Part shown: positions 17,081 through 24,226 of the stretch, piece by piece
Position numbering within the stretch: the first letter of the stretch is position 1
How the letters are laid out: each line of letters opens with the position of its first letter
Origin: Candidatus Woesearchaeota archaeon
Lineage (GTDB): Archaea; Nanobdellota; Nanobdellia; SCGC-AAA011-G17; PNOQ01
Assembly (NCBI GenBank): GCA_018302135.1
Contig: JAGWAE010000001.1
Location: 1-32,000, forward strand
DNA length: 32,000 nt
Direction of reading: 5' to 3'
Translations under genes and position numbers: made by a program
Notes under the pieces: model-generated
Database searches by the model: none
Told to the model about the DNA's origin: nothing
Seen by the model: the letters and a program-made list of their open reading frames with translations, nothing else

Positions 17081-17160
17081 TCTTTCGGTTATTGTTATCT
17101 ATTAGTAGTAAATGGTCCTTTATTAAAAAGCCTTAAAAAACAATAGCAATTCCCTATTTC

Positions 17161-18492
17161 ATGAAGTATCTAATAGTGATTATCTTAATTTTTTTATTGG
17201 TTTCTTCAGCAACAGCTGGCCAATTAACAATGTCTCCATCCGAAGAATTAGATTACATTGAAATCCCAGAAATCATAAAGAATATAACAATAAATATCAC
17301 AGATAATATAACAGAAAATATTAGCATAATAAACATAACTGATAATATAACTATTATCCACATTACAGACAATATAAGTATTATAAATATCACAGATAAT
17401 ATTAGTATTATTAATATTACCGATAATCTTAGTATTATAAATTTAACAAACATTACTGACATTAACCTAACAGAATTTAATATTACTGAAGATAATCTTA
17501 CAGACAATTTAACATTAAATCAAACAGAGATATTAGAATCCCCAGAATTTGAACAATTACAATATAATACTACAAATTATTATTATGCAGGCCCTAGATT
17601 ACTTGCCTCAGAAGCTAACGAAGTTATTACTTATCATTACCAAGATAGATTAGGTAGTGATGTTAATTCTAAAACACTACCTTTTGGGCAAGAAATTATT
17701 AACGATGAGAGATTTTCATTTACTGGAAAAGAGTTGGATGATGAATTGTATTATTTTAATGCTAGGTATTATGATTCTGATTTAGGAAGATTTACTTCTA
17801 TAGATCCGATTAATGAAAATGAACCATACTCTTATGTTGAAAATAATCCAGTTAATTATGTAGACCCAGATGGAAAAGATTCTGTCAACACAATTATAAG
17901 AGTAGTCAGTTTTAGTAGGGCATATTTTGAAGCAGAAAATGCAAAACAAAAAGCGAAAGTTATAGCAAAAAGAGCTTTATCTCAATCAGTAAGATATACA
18001 AATGATCAAATAGATGATCTTGGTTTAAGTTCATCATCTAGAACTATATTAAAAACAAATGTTAGAGTTTTAGACAATGCAGTTAAATTAGTTTTAAGTG
18101 ATGAAGAAAACAAAGCAGAATTATTAAAAGATAATTTAGTAGAAGATACAATAATGACTGTATTCAAGGGCCCACTTGGCACCACGTGTTATGGAGCATG
18201 TAAAGATGCAACAAAAACATTGATTGAATTCACAGATTCTGAATCCACGCTAACTCCAAAAAATTTAGACAAACTAAAAAATATTGAAGACTCCCAAGAA
18301 GAATTTGAATACAACGGAGAACGTCCATTATTTGATTGGGAGTCTAGCCCAACTTTAAAGATGGCTTTAGAAGAATATGAATCAGACTGGACTAAATGGT
18401 GGTCCTTACAAGACACCGTAGCATCATCAGATCTACCATTAATGAACGGAGCAAACGTAGAAATAAGAAAGGATTTAGTTATTATCAATTAA
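17161..18492 (+). CDS. Secreted RHS repeat-associated core domain protein: signal peptide, N-X-S/T repeat stalk, RHS core ending in DPDG, and an unassigned 205-aa C-terminal domain (polymorphic-toxin-like)
   Basis: 443 aa with signal peptide MKYLIVIILIFLLVSSATAG. The segment YHYQDRLGS...PFGQEI...FSFTGKELDDELYYFNARYYDSDLGRFTSIDPI...YSYVENNPVNYVDPDGK matches the RHS-associated core (YD repeats, RYYDxxxGRFxxxDP, NNPxnxxDPxG). I do not recognise the C-terminal domain. Confidence 0.8.
   Translation: MKYLIVIILIFLLVSSATAGQLTMSPSEELDYIEIPEIIKNITINITDNITENISIINITDNITIIHITDNISIINITDNISIINITDNLSIINLTNITDINLTEFNITEDNLTDNLTLNQTEILESPEFEQLQYNTTNYYYAGPRLLASEANEVITYHYQDRLGSDVNSKTLPFGQEIINDERFSFTGKELDDELYYFNARYYDSDLGRFTSIDPINENEPYSYVENNPVNYVDPDGKDSVNTIIRVVSFSRAYFEAENAKQKAKVIAKRALSQSVRYTNDQIDDLGLSSSSRTILKTNVRVLDNAVKLVLSDEENKAELLKDNLVEDTIMTVFKGPLGTTCYGACKDATKTLIEFTDSESTLTPKNLDKLKNIEDSQEEFEYNGERPLFDWESSPTLKMALEEYESDWTKWWSLQDTVASSDLPLMNGANVEIRKDLVIIN
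17281..17526 (+). repeat. In-frame tandem repeat region rich in N-glycosylation sequons, including four consecutive 27-nt (NITDNISII) units at 17332-17439
   Basis: Read from the translation: NITINITDNITENISIINITDNITIIHITDNISIINITDNISIINITDNLSIINLTNITDINLTEFNITEDNLTDNLTLNQT. I count 18 N-X-S/T sequons in residues 41-122, and a 19th at N136. Confidence 0.85.
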
Positions 18493-19128
18493 CTCTTGAT
18501 ACTTTTCATAAACTTTTTTAGATTTATCAGTAAGCCCAAAATCTCTCAAAGTAGAACCGTATGTTATCAACGCAGCAATATACGTCTGTTTAAAATCTTC
18601 ACTTTCATTAAAAGTTTTTTCCCCATCAATAACAGCACGTTCAAGATGCTTAAGTGCCATAGAATAATTTCCTTTAGTTAAATATAAATTTCCAAGCATA
18701 GTATCTAGTTCAAAATATCTGTACCTTTTATCAACAGGAATTTTTTGAATAATCTCACCATAAAGACTATCTGCACGAGCTACATCATAAGTTTTATAAC
18801 AACTATCTAAAAATTGATTAAGTAAAGAAGATTCATTTGAAGAATCAACTACTGCTTCTAGACCTATACTAGCAGTTGCAGCATCTATTAATCTATTTTT
18901 AAGGCTATCATTTTCAGTAGATTTTAAATCAGGTAAATATTCCACAGTTTCACTAGTAGGGTCAGAAGAATAATTCTGCGTTGACCTAAACCAATTATCA
19001 CACGAAAGTATAAGTGCAGCTCCAGCCAATGCACTAATTATCATCGGACCCGTATATTTCCTTAAAAAACTACGCTCTTCAGGAACATTAATTTCATCTT
19101 CATCAATAACAATATTTTTCTTTACCAT
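18475..19128 (-). CDS. Membrane-anchored (possibly lipobox-bearing) TPR-like protein
   Basis: 217 aa with a single hydrophobic helix (GPMIISALAGAALILSC). The C-terminal LGNLYLTKGNYSMALKHLERAV is TPR-like. It converges on the RHS gene, and the 3' ends overlap by 18 nt. Confidence 0.6.
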   Translation of the reverse strand: MVKKNIVIDEDEINVPEERSFLRKYTGPMIISALAGAALILSCDNWFRSTQNYSSDPTSETVEYLPDLKSTENDSLKNRLIDAATASIGLEAVVDSSNESSLLNQFLDSCYKTYDVARADSLYGEIIQKIPVDKRYRYFELDTMLGNLYLTKGNYSMALKHLERAVIDGEKTFNESEDFKQTYIAALITYGSTLRDFGLTDKSKKVYEKYQELIDNN

Positions 19129-19166
19129 GATAAAAATCAGTACTAAATAGTATTTTATAAAACTTT

Positions 19167-20249
19167 CTATTTGTTACTACTCTTAACTAAAAAATCATTT
19201 AATTCTTTCTTGGCTTTTTCTCTTTTTCTTTGATGTTCAGCCATAAACTTTTGTAGCTTTTTTATAGTATATTCTTTCAATTCAGAAGTCAACATTTTAC
19301 CAGATTTATAATCATCATGTATTTGTTTTAATTTTTTATCATCCTCTTCTAAAAATAAATTCAAATATTGATAACAAACATCAACATCGGGGTTTCCTCC
19401 AAGTTTTCTATGTTCCTCAATAGTTTTTTGCCCACCAGAAAAAGCTCTTTTCATCTTATATTCAATTTCTTTGGCACTGTCACTAGTATAAATAGCAGAC
19501 AATGGATCAGAAGCACTCATTTTAACAGTACCTTGTAACCCCGGCATAAATTTAGATAATATATCACCAGGTTTAGGCATCTTTAATTTATATGCGACAT
19601 CTCTTGCCAATTTAATAAAAACATCTTGATCAATACCAACCACAACCAAACTCGGAACTTTATATTTCAATGTTGGATATAATATATGTGCAATTTGCAT
19701 TGCAGGATAAAAACCAATACCTATATTTTTATCATCTTTAAAACCAAAAGCAGATTTCACAGTACTATAAGTCATAGTCTTAGAGCATTTTATAGCCAAA
19801 TTATACAATTCTTGATTCATATTTTCAAAATCAATTATAATCTCAGTTTTTTTAGGATCAAAACCTAAAGCTATTATATCCAAAGCATTTTCATAAGCTA
19901 GTTTTTTAGCATCTTCTAAACTTAACTCAGGTTTAAACAAAAACTTTTCATCATCAGAAAAAGGAATGAAAACTCTACAACCAAATTTATCCTGCATTTC
20001 TTTAACAAATTTGAATATTTGCAGATGTGCTAAAGTTAATTTCTCTGAAGGGCCTCTTCCAGAAACAATAGCAAAATCTTTTTTTAATATATTATCCAAG
20101 TCTCTATGAGCAAAAAATATTTCTTTATCAATTAATCTAATACCAGCTAGCTTAGTCTTTAATTTGTGATCTATAATACTAGCTCCAAACTCTTTGACTG
20201 CTTTATTATAGTCAACTTCTCCTTCCACTTCATACGGTGTGATTGTCAT
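19167..20249 (-). CDS. trpS: Tryptophan-tRNA ligase (archaeal/eukaryal type)
   Basis: 360 aa. It carries the class I KMSAS motif (VKMSASDP) and a degenerate HIGH region (LTLAHLQIF). The overall pattern is archaeal TrpRS-like. Confidence 0.85.
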   Translation of the reverse strand: MTITPYEVEGEVDYNKAVKEFGASIIDHKLKTKLAGIRLIDKEIFFAHRDLDNILKKDFAIVSGRGPSEKLTLAHLQIFKFVKEMQDKFGCRVFIPFSDDEKFLFKPELSLEDAKKLAYENALDIIALGFDPKKTEIIIDFENMNQELYNLAIKCSKTMTYSTVKSAFGFKDDKNIGIGFYPAMQIAHILYPTLKYKVPSLVVVGIDQDVFIKLARDVAYKLKMPKPGDILSKFMPGLQGTVKMSASDPLSAIYTSDSAKEIEYKMKRAFSGGQKTIEEHRKLGGNPDVDVCYQYLNLFLEEDDKKLKQIHDDYKSGKMLTSELKEYTIKKLQKFMAEHQRKREKAKKELNDFLVKSSNK

Positions 20250-20293
20250 AAAATAGAACTAAATTAACGTTTATTTAAAGATTTCTAAATACT

Positions 20294-21310
20294 ATGGAAA
20301 TACTTTTAAAACACATCGAGTTCAAAACCTTGATGGAAAAAACGCCTAATCTTCAAGTTCCTAAAAAAAGAATAAAAAGAACGGGAGTATATATAAGCAA
20401 ACCACTCAAAAAATTTCTCGAAGAATCAACCCATGCTTATACTGAAACTTTAACCCCTAATAGAGAAGAAGTGTCAATTTATTGTGACCATATTAGTAAA
20501 GCAAAACATGTTCTCATGGGCAAATTTTACGAAGAATTAAGCGGAGCATTTTATGGAGGAATAGTACTTGATGGAAAGTCAATAAGAGAAAATCCGGCTC
20601 AATTAGATATTGATTTTGGAGAACTCGAACAAATGATAAACTGGGAAAATAAACCAAAAGATGAATTATTTATAAAACCTGATATAGTAAACATTGGAAA
20701 ATCAATAGGTGAAGCAAAGGGATGCAAAAGCGGTTCATCACTTCATATTTTTGACGAACAAACAGAAAGATATAGAAAAATACAACTAAGAAGTCCAGCA
20801 CATTCAGTTTACTTTGCAATATACAGACACGCATTTCAGAGAATAAAAGATAAAACGGCTACAATACGCTCGGGTGAAGAAATAATACAAGATTTAAGTT
20901 TATCGACAATGTATTCATTAAAAATTCCATTGAGTATACTCTTGTACTTACATGGAAAATGGTATGGAAATATAAAAGAAACGTTAGGATATAGGTATGG
21001 GAAATCAGATTATCAAGATTGTACGATGGCAAGAGAATTTGCAATAAGAAGTTTATTTCAAGATCCAGAAAAAATAATTGATATGCTTGATTTAAGCCCA
21101 GAAAATTACAAAATTACTAGAAAGTTATCACCAGAAAATTTTACAGTAAGAACTTCACCAGCAGAATCATTAACAACTCTAACACAATTTCCAATACTTA
21201 TGATAGAAGACAAAGACCATGAAAACTGGATTGATTCATTCGTTGAATCTGAAAAAAGATTAGGAACAAACATCCAAGAAATACAAGGAACAGAAGAAGT
21301 TCCTTTCTAA
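20294..21310 (+). CDS. Hypothetical protein with a candidate PD-(D/E)xK nuclease motif
   Basis: 338 aa. FIKPDIVNIGKSIGEAKGCK fits (P)D-x10-E-x-K. I recognise no other family features. Its 3' end overlaps the convergent EamA gene by 4 nt. Confidence 0.55.
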   Translation: MEILLKHIEFKTLMEKTPNLQVPKKRIKRTGVYISKPLKKFLEESTHAYTETLTPNREEVSIYCDHISKAKHVLMGKFYEELSGAFYGGIVLDGKSIRENPAQLDIDFGELEQMINWENKPKDELFIKPDIVNIGKSIGEAKGCKSGSSLHIFDEQTERYRKIQLRSPAHSVYFAIYRHAFQRIKDKTATIRSGEEIIQDLSLSTMYSLKIPLSILLYLHGKWYGNIKETLGYRYGKSDYQDCTMAREFAIRSLFQDPEKIIDMLDLSPENYKITRKLSPENFTVRTSPAESLTTLTQFPILMIEDKDHENWIDSFVESEKRLGTNIQEIQGTEEVPF

Positions 21311-22179
21311 AACCTAATAACAAGAATAGCACCAATAATCAACAACAATGTAGCAATTGTTTTCTTTAGTAAATTATGTTCCTTAAACAATTCTCCTCCA
21401 ATTACAACTGCAAAAAACACTGAAGTTCTTTTAACTGCCAAGGCTAAAGCAGTTGAAGTTGTAGTTTTTATAGCCAATATTTCAAAATATCTATAACCAA
21501 TTGTTACCAAACTCAATATTAAAATTAAAATCCAATCTCTTCTAAGAGTTTTTCCAAAATTCTTAATATTTTTTCTTTTATCAAATATTAAAAACATAGC
21601 TAAAAATATAAAAAAGAAGAAAAAGTGTTGAAAGCTCATTAAAGCAGTTGGCTGTAATTTATATTTATTTAACAAAACTCTGTCTAGTATAGTAGTTATG
21701 GTAAACAAAGTCAAAGCCAAAATAATAAATTTATATCCTTTTTTTAATTTCTTAAAAGGATCTAATAAACTTCGATTAGTCTGAAAAATATAAACTCCTA
21801 AAGTTAATAAGAATAACCCAAATATTTCTAAATTAGTTAAACTTTCTTTCAAAAATATCCAAGCAAATAACGCAACAAAACCAGGAGTTAACACAAGTAG
21901 AGGCAAAGCATCTGATAGTTCTAAATTTTTTATAGCAAACATTACTCCAACAAAAGCAATTCCATTTAATACAGCTTTAAACAATAATACAATTAAACTA
22001 ATACTAGTTATTTTAGAAAAGTCAATATAAAACAAAAATATTGAAGCTAAAATCATATTAAAAATTGCCAAAACTAAAACAAAATCTAAAGCTCTATCTT
22101 TAAACAAAGCTTTTTTCTCAATTATTGCAGCAAATGCAGAAAGAATAGCAGATATTCCCGCAAAATAAAACCATTCCAT
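21307..22179 (-). CDS. EamA/DMT-superfamily transporter
   Basis: 290 aa with about 10 TM helices arranged as two EamA-like halves. Confidence 0.75.
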   Translation of the reverse strand: MEWFYFAGISAILSAFAAIIEKKALFKDRALDFVLVLAIFNMILASIFLFYIDFSKITSISLIVLLFKAVLNGIAFVGVMFAIKNLELSDALPLLVLTPGFVALFAWIFLKESLTNLEIFGLFLLTLGVYIFQTNRSLLDPFKKLKKGYKFIILALTLFTITTILDRVLLNKYKLQPTALMSFQHFFFFFIFLAMFLIFDKRKNIKNFGKTLRRDWILILILSLVTIGYRYFEILAIKTTTSTALALAVKRTSVFFAVVIGGELFKEHNLLKKTIATLLLIIGAILVIRF

Positions 22180-22226
22180 AACGCAATAATTATATTATTA
22201 GTTTAAAAATATTACCAAAGACAATC

Positions 22227-22234
22227 TTTATAAA
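22227..22234 (+). promoter_or_regulatory. TATA box (TTTATAAA) for tRNA-Trp
   Basis: It ends 24 nt upstream of the first tRNA nucleotide, which is the canonical archaeal spacing. Confidence 0.5.
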
Positions 22235-22258
22235 ACGTAATAAGTCTATTAATTTCAC

Positions 22259-22344
22259 GGGGTTGTAGCATAAGCCGGTAGTGTCTTCGGCTCCAGAAAA
22301 ATTAGAGCAACCGAAGGATCAGGGTTCAAATCCCTGCAGCCCCA
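22259..22344 (+). tRNA. tRNA-Trp (anticodon CCA at 22293-22295) with a roughly 13-nt intron at or next to the canonical 37/38 position
   Basis: Folded by hand. The acceptor stem is GGGGTTG/CAGCCCC with discriminator A. The D-arm is GCAT-AAGCCGGTA-GTGT, with A14, G18, G19 and A21 in place. The anticodon stem is TTCGG/CCGAA around the loop CTCCAGA, with 13 extra nt between. The variable loop is GGAT and the T-arm is CAGGG-TTCAAAT-CCCTG. A T6 tract follows the gene. Confidence 0.8.
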
Positions 22345-22387
22345 TTTTTTAGCAAATTATATAAACAACTAATTAAATTTTAGACTA

Positions 22388-23179
22388 ATGAAACATAATA
22401 AACTTGTAACAATAGCATTAGTCTCATTATTTTTATTAGCTCAATTAATTGGTTTAGTAATAATAGATAAGTATAACCAAAAAAGTTTACCTTTCGGAAT
22501 AGAAAGACCAGAATTTCAAGATAATTTTAGTTACATTTCTTTAATAATTTCAATTCTAATCGCAACAGGTCTTGCACTAATAATTATCAATTTAGGTGCA
22601 ATGAAAGTTTGGAAAGCCTGGTTTATTTTTGCATCACTATATTTACTAACAATAGCAATGACTGCATTCTTCAATGAATTAACTGCATTCATAATTGCTT
22701 TAGGATTAGTTTTATATAGGGTATTAAGATTATCATTAGTTTCACAAAATCTTTCAGAATTATTTATTTACAGTGGAATCGCAGCTATATTTTCTCCAGT
22801 TCTAACAATTTTCTCAGCTTGTATGTTATTAATATTAATATCAATTTATGATATCATAGCAGTTTGGAAAACAAAACATATGGTTAAACTCGCAAAATTC
22901 CAAACAAAGTCAAGGATGTTTGCAGGATTGTTAATTCCATACAATAAAGGCAAAAAAGCAGCAATACTTGGTGGTGGAGATATTGGATTCCCTATGATAT
23001 TCTTTGGTGTAGTTTTAATGAAATATTCAGTTTTACACGCATTGATTTCAATATTCACTACGTCACTAGCATTATTGTTATTATTGATTTACAGCAAGAA
23101 AAATAAATTTTATCCAGCTATGCCATTCATAAGCGCAGGTTGTTTCGCTGGGCTTTTAATTTCGTTACTATTAATATAA
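22388..23179 (+). CDS. Presenilin / signal-peptide-peptidase homologue (A22 intramembrane aspartyl protease)
   Basis: 263 aa and polytopic. The catalytic motifs are YD (SIYDIIAVW) and GxGD (LGGGDIGFP), with a PAL-like YPAMPF near the C-terminus. Confidence 0.8.
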   Translation: MKHNKLVTIALVSLFLLAQLIGLVIIDKYNQKSLPFGIERPEFQDNFSYISLIISILIATGLALIIINLGAMKVWKAWFIFASLYLLTIAMTAFFNELTAFIIALGLVLYRVLRLSLVSQNLSELFIYSGIAAIFSPVLTIFSACMLLILISIYDIIAVWKTKHMVKLAKFQTKSRMFAGLLIPYNKGKKAAILGGGDIGFPMIFFGVVLMKYSVLHALISIFTTSLALLLLLIYSKKNKFYPAMPFISAGCFAGLLISLLLI

Positions 23180-23189
23180 GGAGGTTAAA

Positions 23190-23372
23190 ATGGTAAAAGT
23201 ATCTGTAGACAAAAACAAATGTATTGGTTGTGGAGAATGTGTAAAAATCTGTAAAAATTTTAAGATGGTAAATAACAAATCAGTGCCAGTAGATAAAAAT
23301 CCAAAAGAAATTGGTTGTAATGAAAAAGCAGCAAAAAACTGTCCAACAAAAGCAATAAAAGTTAGTAAGTAA
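23190..23372 (+). CDS. Small single-cluster [4Fe-4S] ferredoxin (Pyrococcus furiosus Fd-like)
   Basis: 60 aa. It begins VKVSVDKNKCIGCGECVKIC and has a distal ...NCP, giving the pattern CxxCxxC...CP. An AGGAGG Shine-Dalgarno-like site lies upstream. Confidence 0.75.
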   Translation: MVKVSVDKNKCIGCGECVKICKNFKMVNNKSVPVDKNPKEIGCNEKAAKNCPTKAIKVSK

Positions 23373-24195
23373 ACTTCAAACCTTCAGCTCTTTCAAAAGT
23401 TCCTCTTCTTGATAAAGGTATTCTTTCTCTTTTAGCTTTATTTAAATAAGCAATAATTCTCTTCTTCTTTTTAGCAATTGATAAATTACAAGTATGTGAC
23501 CCACCAATACAACCTCCAACACAAAAATTCACATCCAAAAATTTAATTTTTTTATCTGGTTTATCTAAAAACTGCATAACTTTTTTTATTCCATCAATAT
23601 GTTTAATTTCATTTTTTTTAATAACATCATTTAAATGCGCAGTTTTGCTTAATCCCCCAGCCAAAGGATAAATTTTAGTATAATCATTATAGAACTTATC
23701 AAATATTTTTTTACTTGGTTTAATATTATTTAACTTTTTTTCTTTAAAAATTTCTCTTAATTGTTCATAATCTATTACATAATCAACATATTTTGATTTA
23801 TTTGCTTCTATTTTTTTATAATCGCAAGGAGACAAGAAAACAGTTTTATGTTTAGGATAAATTTTTTTACAAATTTTAGCCATAGCAATCATAGGACTGT
23901 CAACTCTAATCAAATTCTTTTTATATTTTGGATAATTTTTATTAACAACTTCAACTATTCCTGGACAAACTGTAGCTATAACTAATCCTTTAGAACTTTT
24001 TAATATTTTATGATACTCTCTATTAACTAATTTAGCACCAAAAGTTAACTCAACAATTTTGTCAAAACCTAATTTTTCTAACTGAGAGAGTATTTTAGGA
24101 TATTCAAAATCAGCAACAAAACTTGGAGCAACTAGCGCAACCATTTTCTTATGCTTTAATTCTTTTAAAATTAAATTAATATTATTTTTTTTCAT
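23362..24195 (-). CDS. Minimal [FeFe]-hydrogenase large-subunit H-domain homologue (Fe_hyd_lg_C-like) with no accessory Fe-S domains
   Basis: 277 aa. By my recollection of Clostridium pasteurianum hydrogenase I (CpI), it aligns along its length: VAPSF, LGFDKI, FGA, ATVCPG (vs TSCCPG), DSP, LSPCDYKKIEA (vs MPCxxKKxEA) and FCVGGCIGG (vs CHGGCVNGGG). Cys77, Cys124, Cys225 and Cys229 occupy the four H-cluster ligand positions. Confidence 0.7.
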   Translation of the reverse strand: MKKNNINLILKELKHKKMVALVAPSFVADFEYPKILSQLEKLGFDKIVELTFGAKLVNREYHKILKSSKGLVIATVCPGIVEVVNKNYPKYKKNLIRVDSPMIAMAKICKKIYPKHKTVFLSPCDYKKIEANKSKYVDYVIDYEQLREIFKEKKLNNIKPSKKIFDKFYNDYTKIYPLAGGLSKTAHLNDVIKKNEIKHIDGIKKVMQFLDKPDKKIKFLDVNFCVGGCIGGSHTCNLSIAKKKKRIIAYLNKAKRERIPLSRRGTFERAEGLKFTY

Positions 24196-24226
24196 TAACT
24201 AAAAATTAAAATTGAAATATATAAAA

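Noticed and set aside
17332-17439. Regularly spaced 27-nt repeats, considered as a possible CRISPR array
   Set aside because: The units are directly adjacent with no spacers and are in frame within a coding sequence. They encode NITDNISII, and no cas genes are present.
17253-17507. An 84-aa minus-strand ORF across the repeat region
   Set aside because: It is antisense to the sequon repeat of the RHS gene. Its periodic ILSVIF... translation simply mirrors the repeat.
18189-18488. A 99-aa minus-strand ORF, considered as a possible immunity gene for the RHS toxin
   Set aside because: It lies wholly inside and antisense to the toxin C-terminal domain coding sequence. It has no start context or motif, and immunity genes are normally downstream on the same strand.
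22180-22400. tRNA-Trp as an integration hotspot, or the edge of an integrated element
   Set aside because: I saw no integrase, no duplicated tRNA 3' half and no att-like direct repeat nearby. The flanking genes are ordinary membrane proteins.
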